Shown: positions 27,773-43,100, counted from the stretch's first letter. The stretch is 64,000 nt of DNA from the human T2T-CHM13v2.0 reference genome, Homo sapiens (GCF_009914755.1 NC_060948.1); one strand, 5' to 3'. The notes: generated by a model from the sequence alone, not told the origin. Made by a program: numbers and translations.

Positions 27773-29810
27773 TGCTGTAGTGTGTTAGCCACATTGTTAT
27801 AAGCAGACTGCACTTACAGTCACACACACAGAAACACACACACACACCCAATGCCACACAGACACACAGACATCAAACACACAGATATTCAACACTCACA
27901 ACACTCCCACAGAAACACACAGTCCAGGAGCTCCTGAGGCTGTGTGGTTCTACAAGAAGCCCCACCTGGAGAGAGCCACCCTGGTGAACACAGGGGGCCT
28001 GTACTTAAAAATCACAGTGGGGCAAGTTTCAAGAGGACTCACCCCTACAATGTCTAGGCAGGCTGGAGGAATCCTGTAGATCCTTTTGGATCCTTAGGGA
28101 TTTTGTGGTTTATTCCTGGAGCTGTATTTGATGTTTCTTCAGGCTGGCTCACATATGCCCTCTCCTAAGATCATGGGACTATCTATGGATCCCACAGAGA
28201 AGACAGTTGAGAGTTCACCACTGACACACCTCCACAGAATTCTCCTTTGCCGAGACAAAGGGACTTATTGCTAGATAATGGTGACATTTATACTGAGGCA
28301 AGCCAGAGTTCACAATGAGGCCTAGTGCCCTGAGGCTAGTGCATGCACATTCATGAGGCAAGCTGGGGAGCATGGCTGTCAGAGCTATCAGCCTGCCTAA
28401 GTAGACAATAATGCTACAGGCAGAGTTGGCCTGGTATCAGGAAAAAGGCTGCCTGTGAAAAAGGCTGCCTGTGAAAAAGACTGCAAGGTCCTAAAACTCC
28501 CAACCTCAGGGACCCTCCAGGCCATCGTGGTGGTCGACTTCCACTGGAGGAGGAGGCATTTTGTGACTGTGAGATAGTTTCTAGAAACTGCTCTTCAGAT
28601 TTCATTCTGGAAAAAGGCTGTGTGCAAGAATTGAGTACCATGGGGATTAAAATATAGACTGGTGTGTTGTTGAGGGTTCTTTGTGTGATAGAATCATACC
28701 TGAGACCCCAGAAGTGGATATCATGAAAAGATGGCCAGACTCTTGACCTCACTGCCTTCCTTCAACTTTGACCTCACAGGGGCTCTCTAGGAAAGGCAGA
28801 AACTACAACAAAGGCAAGTCAGAGTTGGATCACTGTTCTCCCACCTTGTACTGCCCTCTCTTGGGTGCAGATGAGGTTGAAACAGTGTCTCAGAGGCCGT
28901 TTGTTGGGATGGCCAGCCTGAAAATGGTGTCCAGTAGTGCTGTTAAGGGGCAATGTGGATTCCCCATGAAAACGAAGAAAACCCAAGGCTTGCCTGAGAG
29001 AATGAGCTACCTTGTGCTGGAGTCTATGCAATGTTCAGTGAGTCCTGTCAAAGAACCCAAAAGCATCCTGCATAGTGCAAACATTCTGAGCCCCCACAAC
29101 CAATGACATGGAATGCAGCCAGACTACTTGATGACCCTTTTGCTCTCTGAAATCCCTGGCAGCTAAATAATCTGTAGCTAGAGGCAGTCCCATCCAGCAA
29201 CAGCCCAATGAAAAAGACCCTTCACAGTGAGAATGCCATGCAGATGAAATGAAATAGAGGCTAGATTACCAGGAAAAATTGACACATCTGTGTGCTTTTC
29301 ATCCTGCAAGAATCATGCAGCCCCCTGGTAGATATGGGAGAACAAAAGTTTTCTTGTTGGTGGCAGTAATGGGAATTTACAGTTTTAACAATGTCAAAGC
29401 TTCCCAGTCATTAAAACCTGACAGTGGTTAGAAGAAAACACCCATGCAATGGATTCTCATGAGGATCTTTCTCCGTGAAATGGAAAACATTTGTTGTAGA
29501 AGTCACTGAGCCAGACCCAGAAAACCCTAATCCAATGAAGAACACGGATGTCAATATAGGAAGAGGCAAGTGTAAAGGCCACATCACAGCCAGCATCAAT
29601 CCATTCCACTCCCATTTGTCTCTGAATATGAAAACTCTCAAATCGTGAGTTTGCTTGGATTGCTCCAATTTCTACTCCAAATGTTCCTTGCATGTTGGAG
29701 TACTCCCACCTGAACACCGGGTCATGGTGTGGACTGCTTTTGTAATTAAAGGAATGCAGGGATGGAGTTGGAAGCACCTTCTGTGTCATCTGTCTTCATT
29801 TTTTTTTCAG

Positions 29811-29971
29811 GTGAAGTTGTGGGACCCCACCCATCCCTCACCAGATTGTATCCTCACCCCTATCTGACCATACTGCTCCTCACACTCTATTTCACAGGAT
29901 GAAATCCCAAGTCAATGTAAGAGTGCCCCTCATGACAGGAAGCATCTGCTCAGCTGGGAACTGAATTCAAG
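29811..29971 (+). ncRNA. Candidate cassette exon of a spliced TTTY-type lncRNA (example; the same module recurs in most units)
   Basis: Preceded by TCTTCATTTTTTTTTCAG (polypyrimidine tract + AG) and followed by AAG/GTAAAT (donor-like). Actual use is not shown by the sequence alone. Confidence 0.35.
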
Positions 29972-32703
29972 GTAAATTTAAGGGGCCTTGTTTACAGGAC
30001 TGCTAGTGTCTCTCCCTGAGGTGGTTGCAGGACTATAAAATACTGGGATATGTCTGTTTTTTTGTGTGTGTATGGTGTGCTCCTCTTCTGTCTAGAAGAG
30101 TGGCTTTTTTGCAGGGGGTGGTGACTTGGAGGTTGGTGCATTTTGGCGTGCCTCCCAGTTCACTGATGGGTCATGATCCACATGAAAATAAACAACATGG
30201 AGCTCTGCAGCCCATGTAAACCACACAGACCAAAAATAGGTCATGAGACTCAAAAAAAAAAAAAAAAAAAAAAGGCTGAAGTGCATTAGCACATTCCTTT
30301 AAGCAGACTCCACTTACAGGCACACACAGACAATGTCACACTCACATGCAGACATCCAACACTCACAACATTTCCAAGAAATGCACAGTTTGGCAGCTCC
30401 TGAGGCTGCATGATTCTGCAGGAAGCTTCACCTGAGACACAGCAACCCTGGCGAAAACAGGCAGATTTTACCTAGAAATCACAGTGCAGCAAGTTTCAAA
30501 ATGACTCACCCCTACAACGTCTAGGCAGGGCTGAGGAGTCCTGCAGATCTTTTTGGATCATTAGAAATTTTGCGGTTTATTCCCAGAACTGTACTTGATG
30601 TATCTTCAAAATGCCTTATGTCTGCCCTATCCTAAGATCATGGGACTATTGCATTGATCCCACAGAGAAGAAAGGCAAGAGTCCACCACCGATGCACGTC
30701 CATGGAGGTCTCCTTTTCTGCCAAGATACAGGGTCATGTCGCTTTGCAATGGTGATGTTCATTGTGAAGCTAGCCAGAACTCACAGTCAGGACTGGTGCC
30801 TTGAGACTAGCCAATGTGCATTCACTGGGCAGGTTCGAGTGTGCAGCTGTTAGAGCTGTTACCCTGCCTAGGCTCAGGGTAATGGTACAAAAAGAACTGG
30901 CCCGGTATCTCAAAAAATGCTGCCTGAGAAAACCCACAGTGGGACCCTAAAAGTCTCAAACTCAGTGCCTATCCAGGCACTCTCCTCTTGCTGGAGGAAG
31001 AGGCCATTCAAGACTGTGAGGTGGCTCTGGAAACTGGTCTTCTGACTCAATTTCTGAAAGACGGTGTGTGCAAGAATCAGGTCCCATAGGGATTGTAATA
31101 TAGTCTGGAGTGTTTTTGAGGGTACTTTAGATGATAGAATCATACCTGAGACCCTAGAGGTAAGTGTCAGTGAAAGATGGCTGGGCTCTTGATCTCACTG
31201 CCTCCCTCATCCTGGGTTTTGAAGGACCTCTCTAGGAAAGGCAGGAACCAATAAAAAGGCAATTCCAAGGTGAAGCAGTGTTCTCACACCTCATACTGTC
31301 CTCTCTTGGTGCAGATGAGGTTGAGACTGTGTCTCAGAGACCCTCTGTGGAGACGCAAGTGTGAAATGGGTGTTTCAGTGCTGTTGACAAGGAAGAGTGG
31401 ATGCCCCATGAAAGCCTTGAAAAATCAAGGCTCACTTGAGAGAATGAGCTGCTTTATGCTGGAACCCAAGCAATGTTCACTGAATCCTGTCAGAGGATCC
31501 ACAGGCCTCCTGCAAAGTGCAAACATCCTTAACCCCCACAAAGAGACAATGACCAAGTATCTATAATGCAGCCAGCCTACCCAAAGTCCATTTGGCCCTC
31601 TGAAATCCCTAGCATCTAAATAACCTGTGGTGAGAGTCAGTCCCATCCAGCAGCAGCCCAATGATAGAGCCCTTCCAGAATGAGAAGGCCATGAAGATGA
31701 AAGAAATAAGAGGCTAGATTAATAGGCAAAAGCCAGGCATGGCTTCCAGCTTCTCATCCTACAGGAATCATGCAGCTGTGCAATGGAAGTGAGAGAACTA
31801 AAATTTCTTTTTGGAGGCTGTAACAGGAATTTATGCTTTTAACAGTATCAATGAGATCCATTCATTAAAATGTGACAGAGTTTAGAAGGAAACACTCACA
31901 CAATGGATTCCCATGAGGGCAGATTTTCATGAACTGGGAAATGTTTAGTGTGGAATTCATTGAGCCAAACTCAGGAAACCCTAGACCGATGAGAAAAATG
32001 GAAGTCAGAAACAAAGAGGAAAGTGTGGAGGCCACATCCCACACAGCGTCATTCCGTTGCACTCCCGTTTGACTCTGGGTATGAAAGCCATCAAATCAGG
32101 AGTTAGCCAGGATGGACCCAATTTGCACACCAAATGTTTTTGGCGTGTTGGAGTACTCCCACCTCAACATCGGGCCATTGTATGGACTGCTTGTGCAATT
32201 AAAGGAATGTGCGAATGGTGTTGGAAGCACCTTCTGTGTCATCTGTCTTTCTCAGTGTTGCAGGTGAAGTTGTAGGACCCAATCCATCTCTCACCAGATT
32301 GTATCCTCACCCCATCTGACTGTATTGCTTCTTACACTGTATGTCCCAGGATGAAATCCTAAGATGATGGAGGAGGGTCCCCTCATGATGTAAAGTACCT
32401 GCTCAGATAGGAATCTAATTTGAGGTAAATTCCAGGGGTCCAGTGGACAGGATTGCTAGTGTCTCTCTCTGAGATGGCTGCAGGACAATAAAATACAGGA
32501 AGATGTCTGTTTTTTGGTGGGGTGTGTTCCTCTTCTTTCTAGAAGAGTGGCTTTTCTTTTGCAGGGGGAGTTGATTTGGATGCCGGCAGGTCTTGGCATG
32601 CCTCCCAATTCACAGTGGATTCATGATCCACAGAAAAATCAAGAACATGAGGTCCCGCAGCCCAAGCAAAGCCATATAGGGTGCCCACAAAAGGGTTACA
32701 GTC

Positions 32704-32734
<31 letters not shown>

Positions 32735-35700
32735 GCACTGACGTGTGTTAGCCACATTCTTTTAAGCATTTAAGCAGACTCCACTAACGGGCACACACAA
32801 ATACAAAACACACACAGTGCCACACACGAACACAGACATCCAACAGTCACAACAATCCCACAGAAAGAAATATCCTGGCAGCACCTGAAGCTGTGTGATT
32901 CTGCAGGATGTCCCACCTGGGAGAGAGCAACCCCAGTGAACACAGGCGGGATGTACCTAGATATCATAGTGGGGCAAGTTTCAAGAAGATTCACCCCTAC
33001 AATGTCTAGCAGGCCTGAGGAATTCTGCAGATCCTTTTGGATCTTAGGGATTTTGTGGTTTATTCCTGGGGCTGAGCTTGACATTTCTTCAGGCTGGCTG
33101 AAGTCTGCCCTCTCCTAGGATCATGGGACTATGCCATGTATCTCACAGAGAAGAGAGGTGAGAGTTCAACACTGATGCACCTCCACAAAGGTCTCTTTCT
33201 CTGCCAAGCCACAGGGACTTCTCACTATGCAGCAGCCACAGTCATTGTGATGCTAGCAAGGTCTCACAATCAGTCCTGGTGCCCTGAGACTAGTGTATGT
33301 GCATTCGTGAAGCAGGCTCAGGTGCCTATTTGTCACAGCAGTCAGTCTGCTTAAGGAGAGAAAAATAATACAGGCAGAGCCAGCCTGGTATCGGAAAAAA
33401 TATGACTGCAAAAACCCACTGCGGGACCCTAAAAGTCTCTACATCAGAGCCCCTTCAGGCTGTCTCTGTGGTCAGTTTTTCATCGGAGGAGGAGGCATTT
33501 TGAGACTGGGAGATAGTCGCTGCAAACTGCTTCTCTGACTGCATTCCCAAATAAGAATGTGTGTGTGCAAGAATCAGGTCACATGGGGATTGCAGTATAG
33601 TCTGGTGTGTTGTCAAGGATTATTTTGCTGACACAACCCCAGAGGCTTGTGTCAGCAAAAGATGGCTGAGATCTTGATCTCACTGCCTCCCTTCATCTTG
33701 GGCCTAACAGGGGCTCTCTGGGAAAGGCAGTTACAATGACAAAGGCAACTACAAGGTGAAGCAGTGTTCTCACACCTCAGACTGGCCTCCAACGGGCACA
33801 GACGAGGTTGAGACAGTGTCTCTGAGGCCATCTGTGGTGATGGCAAACCTAAAAAAGGTGAATATTAGTGCCGTTGAGATTCACTGTGAATTACCCATGA
33901 AAGCAAAGAAAAATCAAGACATGTCTGACAGAATGCGATGCTTTGTGCTGGAGTCCAAGCAATGTTCAGTGATTCTTATCAGAGGACCTAAAAGCCCCCT
34001 GCAAAGTGCAAACAACCTTAGCCCCCCAATAAGGCAACGACCCATAACCTGGATGGCAGGAGCCTGCCCGAAGTCCCTTTTGCCCTCTAAAATCTCTGGC
34101 AGCTAAATAATCTGTGGCAAAAGGCAGTCACATCCAGCAACAGCCCAGTGAAAGTGCCCCTCCACAATGAAAAGGCCATCCAGATGAAATGAAACAGAGG
34201 CTAGATTACCAGGCAAAGGCCAGACAAGGCTGTTCATCCTACAGGTATTATGCAGCCATTTGAAAGAAGTGGGAGAAAAAGAGTTTATTTTGGCAGCAGT
34301 AATGGGAATTTTCAGTTTTAAAATATCAAAGCTACCCAGTCATTAAAAGGTGACAGTGTTTAGAAGGAAACACTCTGTGAACTGGGAAAGCTTTAGTGTG
34401 GAAGTGGTTGAGCCAGACACAGGAAACTCTAGGCAGGTGAGGAATATAGAAGTCAGAAGAAGAAGAGGAAAATGTGGAGGCCACATCCCACCCAGCATCA
34501 ATCCATTCCACTCTTATTGATCTCTGAATATGAAAGCCCACAAATCGGCAGTTTGCCAGGATGGCCCCAATTTGCCCTCCAAATGTCCATTGTATGTTGC
34601 AGTATTCCCACCTTAACACCATGCCATTGTGTGGACTGCTTCTGCAATTAAGGGAATGTGTGGATGGAGTTGGAAACACTTTCTGTGTCATCTGACTTTA
34701 TTTTTATTGCAGGTGAAGTTACAGGGCCCCAACCACCTTTCACTAGATTGTATCTTCACCTGTATCTGACCTTACTGCTGCTCACACTCTATGTCCCAGG
34801 ATAAAATCCTAGCATGGTGGAGGAGTGTCCCCTCATGATGTGAAGCACCTGCTAGGCTTGGAACTGAATTCAAGGTGAGTTCAAGTGGCCCTCTGCACAG
34901 GACTGCTAGTGTCTCCCCCTGTTTAGCTGCAGGACAATGAAACACCAAAAAATGTCTGTTTGTGGGGGAGTTTTTTGTTTGTTTGTTTTTTTGATGTGGT
35001 GTGCTCATCTTCTTTCTAGAAGTGTGGGTTTTTCTGCAGGGGGAGGTGATTTGGACACCAGTGGGACTCAGCCCACCTCCCAATTCATGTCGGATTCATA
35101 ATTCACAGAAAAATAAAGAACATGAAGCTTTGCAGCCCAGGAAGAGCCACACAGACAGGCCACCAAAAGGTTGGAAGACTCAAAATAACAATAATAATAA
35201 TAACACTGAAGTATGTTAGCCACATTGCTTTAAGAAGACTCCCTTTACAGGCACACATACACACACAAACACACACAGAGAAACACACAATGCTACACAC
35301 ACACAGAGACATCCAACACTCACAACACTGTCACAAAAACACACAGCCCAGCAGCTCCTGAGGCTGCTTGGTTCTGAAGGTAACCCCACCTGGGAGAGAG
35401 CAACCCTGGGGGAACACAGGCAGGCTGTACCTAGAAATCACAATAGGGCAAGTTTCAAAAAGACTCACCTCTACAATGTCTAGACACATCTGAAAAATGT
35501 TGCAGATGTTTCTGGATCCTGAGAAATATTGTGGTTTATTCCTGGGCCTCTTCTTGATGCTACTACAGGCTGGCTTACATCTGCCCTCTCCTAGGCTCAT
35601 GGGACAATCCTGTGGATCACACATAGAAGGCAGGTGAGAATTCATGACTGATACACCTCCACGGACATCTCCTTCTTTGCCAAGATGCAGAAATTGTCAC

Positions 35701-38700
35701 TAGGCAATGGTGAAATTCATTGTGGCACTAGTTAGAGCTCACAGTCAGGCCTGGTGCCTCAAGACTACAGCATGCGCATTTTCAGGCCCTGCTGTTAGAG
35801 CTGTCAGCCTGCCTAAGCAGAGGAAAATGATACATGCAGAGCCAGAAAGTTATCCAGGAAAATGCCACCTGTGATAACCCACTCTGGGACCCTAAAAGTC
35901 TCATCCTTAGTGCCCCTTTGGCCATCTTTGATGCTGGGTCCCGCAGGATGAGAATGCATTTCTATTTTTAGACTGTGAGTTTGTCGTGAAAAACTGCTCT
36001 TGTGACTCCATTCCCGAAAGAGGCTGTGTGCAAGAATTGGGTACCATGGGGATTGGAATGTAGTCTGGTGCATTGTTTAGGGGTCTTTGGGTGATAGAAT
36101 CCTACCTGATACCCCAGAGATGGGTGTCAATTAAAAATGACCAGGGCCTTAACCTCAGTGCCTCCCTTCATTCTTGGCCTCATAGGATCTCTCTCGGGTA
36201 AGCGGGAACCACACCTCAAACTGGCCTCTTACAGGGGCAGATGAGGTTGAGACAGTGTCTCAGAGGCTGTCTTTGGTGATTGTAACCCTGAAAAGGGTGT
36301 CCAGTAGTGCTAGTGACTGGCATGAAAGCAAAAAAATCAAAGCTCGTATGAGAGAAAGAGCTGCCTTGGGCTGGAGTCCAAGCAATGTTCAAAGATTCCT
36401 GTCAGAGGGCCCTGAAACCTCCTGCAAAGTGCAAACAACCTCATCCCACAAAATGAGACCAAGACACAGAACCTGGGATGCGGCCAGCCTGCCTGAAGTC
36501 CCTTGTGCTCCTTGATATCCCTGTCAGCCAATAAATTTGTGGTGAGAAGTAGCCCCATCCACCAACAGCCCTATAAAAGACCCCCTACACAATGAGAAAG
36601 GATGTGCAGATAAAATGAAACAGAGCCGGTATTACCAGGTGAAATACAGACACGGCTGCCTGCTTAACCTTTCGATAAAACCTAGAGAACAAGAGTTTCC
36701 TTGTTGGCAGCAGTAACAGGAAGTTACTATTTTAAAATTATCACAGCTGCCCAGTCATTGAAATGTGACAGTGTTTAGAAGGAAACACTCACTCAATGTA
36801 TTCCCCTGAGGGTCAACTTCCATGAACTGGGAAATGTTTAGCATGGAAGACATTGAGCCATACCCAAGAATCCATAGGATGATGAGGCACACGTATGTCA
36901 GGATATGAAAAGGCAAGTGTGGAGGCCACATCCCACCTTGTATCAATCAATCTCACTGCCATTTTGTTCTGCCTATGAAAGCCCTCAAATCGATAGTTGG
37001 CCAGGGTGGCCGCAGTTTGTACTCCAAATATTCCCTGCACATTGGAGTACTCCCAACTAAACACTGGGCCAAGTTGTGGACTGCTTGTGCAATTAAGGAA
37101 ATGTGGGAATGCTGTTTGAAGCACGTTTTGTGTCATCTGTCTTTATACTTTTGCAGGTGAAGGTGTGGGACCCCATCCACCCCTCATCAGATTGTATCCT
37201 CACGCTATCTGACCTTATTGCTACTCACACTGTATGTCCCAGGATGAAATCTCAAGGTGATGGAGGAGTGAATCCTGATGATGGGAAGTATCTGCTCGGC
37301 TATGAACCAAAATTGAGGTAAATTCGTGGGGCCCTGTGGGCAGGACTGCTAGTGTTTCTCCCTGGGATGGCCACAGAAAAATGACACACTGAAGGATTTC
37401 TGTTCTTGGCTGTGGTGTGCTGCTCATCTTTCTAGAGGGTGGCTTTGTTTTTTTCCAGCGGTTGGTTATGAGGACCCCGCGTGTCACAGCCAGCCTTGCA
37501 ATTCACCGCAGGTTCATAATTCACAGAAAAATAAAGAACAGGGAGGCCTCCAGACCAAGCAGAGCCACACAGATGGGCAAACAAAATGTTGGAAGTCTCA
37601 AATAAAAGAAGCTCTGCAGTGTGTTATCCACATCCCTTTAAGCAGATTCCACTAACAGGTGCATGCGTGTGTGCACGCACGCACACACACACAAAAACAC
37701 ACAAAGCCAAAAAGCCACACCACACCCAGACATCCAACCCTTTTAACACTCCCTCAGAAACAGAGCCTGGCAGCTTCTGAGGCTGTGTGTTTCTGCAGAA
37801 ATCCCCACCTGGGAGAGAGAAACCCCGGCAAACACAGTGGGATCTACCTAGAAATCACAGTTGGGTGAGTTTCAAAAAGACTCAACCCTACATCTAGGCA
37901 GGCCTGAGAAATCCTGCAGATGCTTTTGTAACCTTAGGGACTTTGCAGTTTATTCCTTGGGCTCTGCTTGAAGTTTCTTCACGCTGGCTCACGTCTGCCC
38001 TCTCCTAGGAACATGGATCTATCCTGTGGATCCCCCAGAGAAGACAAGCAAGAGTCCACCACAAGGCACCTCTATGGAGGTCTCCTTCTTGGCCAAGCAG
38101 CTGGGACTTGTAGCTGTGTAAGGGTGACATTCATTGTGATGCTAGCTAGAGCTCACAATCAGGCCTGGTGCCTGGAGACTAGCTCATGCGCATTTGAGGG
38201 CATGCTCAGTGGCCTGGCTTTCACAGCTGTCAGCCTGTGGAAGCAGAAGAAAATGGTACAGGTAGAGCCAGCTGGTAATGGGAAATAGGCTGCCTGTGAT
38301 AACACACTGCGGGACCCTACAAGGCTCGAAATTAGGGTCACTTCGGGCTGTCTCTGTGTTCAGTTCCCACAGGAGTAGGAGGCATTTAGAGACTGTGAGG
38401 TGGTCGCTAAAAACTGCTCTTCTGACTCCCTTTCCGAAAGAGGCTGTGTGCAAGAATCAGGTCTTATGGGGATTGGAATGTAGTCTGGTGAGTTGAGGAG
38501 GGGTGTTTGGGTGATGGAATTATACCTGAGACCCTAGAATTGGGTGTCTATGAATGATGGTTGGGCCCTTAACCTCACTGTCTCCCATCATTCTGGACCT
38601 CGCAGGGTCTCTCTGTGAAGCACAGGAACCAAGACAAAGGCAAGTCCAAAATGGAGCAGTGTTCTCAAACCTCAAACTGGCCTCTCATGGGTACAGATAA

Positions 38701-40118
38701 GGTTGAGACAGTATCTCAGAGGCCATCTGTGGCCATGGCAAGCCAGAAAAGGGTGTCCAGTAGTGCTGTTGAGGGGCACTGTGGACTTCCCAGGAAAGCA
38801 AAGAAAAATCAAGGTGTGTGTGTGAGAAAAAGATGGCTTGTGCTGGAATCTAAGCAATATTCAAAAATTCCTGTCAGAGAACTCAAAAGCCTCCTTCAAA
38901 GTGCAAACAACCCATAACGAGACAGCGACCCACAACCTGGAGAGGCACTAAACCTACCCAGAGTCCATTTTGCTCACTGAAATCCCTGGCAGCCCATAGA
39001 TCTGTTGTAAGAGGCAGCCCCATCCAGCAACAGCCCAATGAAAGACCACCTCCACAATGAGAAAGGATGTGCAGATGCAATGAAACACAGTGTAGATTAC
39101 CAGAAAAAAGCCAAACATCGCTGCCTGCTTCTCTTCCTACAGGAATCATGCAGCACTCCAATAAAATTTGGAGAGCAAGAGTTTCCTTGTTGGCAGCTGT
39201 AAAAGGAGTTTATGGTTTTAAAATTATCACAGCTGCCCAGTCATTAAAACGTGACAGTGTTTAGAAGGAAACACTGGAAAACCTTTACCGTTGAGCCATC
39301 TGGGAAGATGTTGAGCCAGATCCAGGAAACCCCAGGCTGACAAGGAATATGGAAGACATGAAAAGAAGAGGCAAGTGTGGAGGTCACATCCCACGTTGTA
39401 TCTATAGGTCTCACTTTCATTTGGAGCAGAGTATGAAAGCCCTCAAATTGGGAGTTTGCCAGGATGGCCCGGTTTGCATTTCAAATGTTCTCTGCACATT
39501 GGAGTACTCCCACCTGAACATCAGGCCATAGTGTGGACTACTTGCGTAATTAAGGAAATTTGAGAATGCAGTTGGAATCACTTTCTCTGTCATCTGTCTT
39601 CACATTTTTTGCAATTGGAAGTGTGGGACCCCACCCACTTCTCACCAGATTGCATCCTTACCCCTTCTGACCTTATTGCTGTTCATGTTCTCTTTCCCTA
39701 AATGAAATCCCAAGATGATCTAGGAGTGCCTTCTCAGGATCTGAAGAAACTGCTCAGTTATGAACTGAATTCAAGGTAAATTCAAGGGCCCTGAGGACAT
39801 GAATGCTAGTGTTTCTTCCTGGGATGACCACTGGACAATGGAATACTGAAGGATGTCTGTTATTGCGTGTGTTGTGCTCCTTTTCTTTCTAGAAGAGCAG
39901 CTTTTTTTGGCAGGCAGAGGTGATGTGGACCTTGGTGTCTCACAGCCAGCCTCCCAGTACACTTTGGATTCATGATCCAGAGAAAATTAAAAAACACAGA
40001 GCCCTGCAGCTTAAGCAGAGCCACACAGGCATGTGACCCAAAGGTTGGGAGACTTAAAAAAAAAAATAGTGCTGCAGCGCATTAGCCACATTCCTTTAAG
40101 CAGACTTCACTTACAGGT

Positions 40119-40121
<3 letters not shown>

Positions 40122-40161
<40 letters not shown>
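40122..40161. repeat. (CA)20 microsatellite; longest perfect copy of the CA-rich block present in nearly every unit
   Basis: Direct reading of the sequence. Confidence 0.95.
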
Positions 40162-40163
<2 letters not shown>

Positions 40164-43100
40164 AACACACAGTGCTAAAAAAAGCCACACCCATACACAG
40201 ACATCAAAGACTCACAATAATTTTACAGAAACACACCACCCAGCAGTTTCTGAGGCTGTATGGTTCTGCAGGAAGACTTACGTGGGAGACAGCAACTCTG
40301 GGGAACACAAGCGGGGTGCACCTAGAAATCATAGCAGTGTCAGTTTCATAAAGATTCACCTCTACATGTGTAGGCAGGCCTGAGGCATCCTGCAGATCCT
40401 TTTGGAACCTTACAGATTTTGCGGTTTATTCCTGGGGCTTGGCTTGACATATCTTCTGGCTAGCTCACGTCTGTTCTCTCCTAGGATCATGAGACTATCC
40501 TGTGTATCCCACAAAGAAGACAGGCAAGATTCCTTGGCTGATGCACCTCCACAGAGGTCTCCTTCTCAGCCAAGCCTCAGGGAATTGTGGCATTCATGGT
40601 GAGGCTAGCCAGAGCTCACAGCTCAGGCCTGGTGCCCTGAGACTAGCACATGTGCATTCACCAGTGGGCTTGGCACTCGGCAGTCAGAGCTGTCAGCCAG
40701 CCTAAGCCGAGGAAAATGGTACAGGCAAGAGTGGGCCTGGTACTGGGAAAAAAAAATGCTGTATGCAATAACCCACTGTGGAACCCTAAAAGTCTCATAC
40801 TTGGGGCCCCTTTCAGCTGTACCCGTGATCTGTTCCCACTGGAGGAGGAGATGTCTAGACTGTGATGGGGTCTCTGAGAACTGCTCTTCTGACTTTATTC
40901 CTGAAAGAGGCTGTGTGCAAGAATTGAGTCCCAGGGGGACTGGAATGTTGTCTGGTGAGTTGTGGAGGGTTCTTTGGGTGATAGAATCATACCTGTGACT
41001 CCAGAGGTGGGTGACAGTGAAATATGGCCAGGTTCTTAACCTCACTGCCTCCATTCATCCTGAGTCTTGCAGGGGCTCTTGGTGAAATGGAGGAACCATG
41101 ACAAAGGCAAGTCCAAGGTGGAGCAGTATTCTCACAGCTCTAAGTGGACTCCCACAGGTGCAGGTGAGGATGAGACAGTGTCTCAGAGGACATCTGTGAC
41201 AATTGCAATCCTGAAATGTTTGTCAGGTAGTGCTATTGAAGGGCACTGTGGACCCCCCATGAAAGCAAAGGAAAATCAAGGCTCACATGAGAGAATGAGC
41301 TGCCATGTGCTGTAGTCCAAGCCACGTTTAGAGATTTCTGTCACAGGACCCAAAAGCCTCTTGAAAAGTGCAAACAATCTCAGCCCCCACAAGTAAACCA
41401 TGACCCCAAACCTAAAGTGCAGTCAGCCTACCCAAAGTCCCTTTTGCTCTCTGAAATCCCTGGAAGCCAATAATTCTGTGGTGAGAGGTAGCCTCATCCA
41501 ACAACAGCCCGATGAAAGAGCCCTCCACAATGAAACAAGACAAGCAGATGAAATGAAACAGAGCCTAAATTCCCAGGCAAAAGCCAGGTACAGCTGCCTG
41601 CTTCTCCTACAGGTATCAAGCAGCCCTCTGATAAAAGCTGGATAACAAGAGTTTCTTTGTTGGCTACTGTTACAGAAATTTAGTTTTAAAACTATCGAAA
41701 CTGCCTAGTCATTAAAATCTGACAGTGTTTAAAAGAAAACACTCATGAAATGGATTACTTTGAGGGTCATCTTCCGTGAAGTGGTAAATGGTTAACGTGG
41801 AAGATGTGGAGCCAGGCCCAGGAGAACTTAGGCCGATGAGGTACATGGAAGTCAGGAAAAAAGAGACAAGTGTGGTGGCCACATCAAACCTCACGTGAAA
41901 TGATCTCACTTCCATTTAGCTCCTGGTATGATAGTCCTCAAATAGGGAGTTTGCCAGGATGGCTCCAGTTTGCACTCCAAACATTCCCTGCACATTGTGG
42001 TGCTCTCAACTGTACACCAGGCCATGGTATGGACTTGCTTGTGTAATTAAGGAAATGTGGGGATACAGTTGGAAGCACATTCTGTGACATCTATCTTCAC
42101 ATTTTTTGCAGGTGAATGTGTGGGACCGCATCCACCCCTCACCAGCTTGTATCCTCACCTTTATCTGATGTTATGGCTGCTCAAAGTATCTGTCCCAAAA
42201 TGAAATTCCAAGACAATGAAGGAGTGACGTGAAGGTCCTGCTCAGCTAGGAACTGAATATGAAGTAAATTCAAGGGGCCCTGAGGACTGGACTGCTAGTG
42301 TTTCTCCATGGGATGTACACTGGAGAATAAAGCAGTGAAATATTTCTGTTCCTGGGTTTGATGTGCTCCTCTTCTTTCTAGAAGAGTGGCTTTTTTTTTT
42401 CCTCAGGGGGAGGTTATTTGGACCTGGCAGGTCTCAGCCAGCCTCTCAATTTACAGCGGATTCATGATCTGCAGAAAAATAAAGAACATGGAACCCAGCA
42501 GCCCAAGAAAAGCCACAAAGACAGACCACCAAAAGGCTGGGAGACTCAAAAACAAGAAAGCGCTGCAGTGTGTTAGCCACATTTTTTTAAGCAGATTCCA
42601 CTTACAGGCATGCACACAAACAGGGAAACACACACACAAATGCAGACATCCAACACTCACAACACTCCCACAGAAACACACTCCTGGCAGCTTCTGAAGC
42701 TGTGTGGTTCTGCAGGAAGCCCCATGTGGGAGAGAGCAATCCCGGGGAACACAGGCATGCTGTATGTAGAAATCACAGTGGGACCAATTTCAAAATACTC
42801 ACCCCTACAACATCTAGGCAGGCCTGAAGCATCCTGCAGATCCTTTAGGATTGTTAGGGAATTCACGGATTATTCCTGCGGCTCTGCTTGAGGCTTCTTA
42901 ATGCTGGCTTACATCTGCCCTCTCACCCTCTCCTAGGATCATGGGACTCTCCCGAGGATTCCACAGAGAAGAGACCACAGTCCACCATGATGCATCTTCA
43001 CGGAGGTCTCCTTCTCTGCCAAGCCTCAGGGACTTTTCACTAGGCAAAGAGTTATTGATTGTGATGCAAGCCAAAGATCACAGCTCAGGGGTGGTGCCCT

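Noticed and set aside
27411-27857. K/E/R-rich and F/L/S-rich ORFs (84-129 aa)
   Set aside because: They are translations of the GAAA/GGAA microsatellite.
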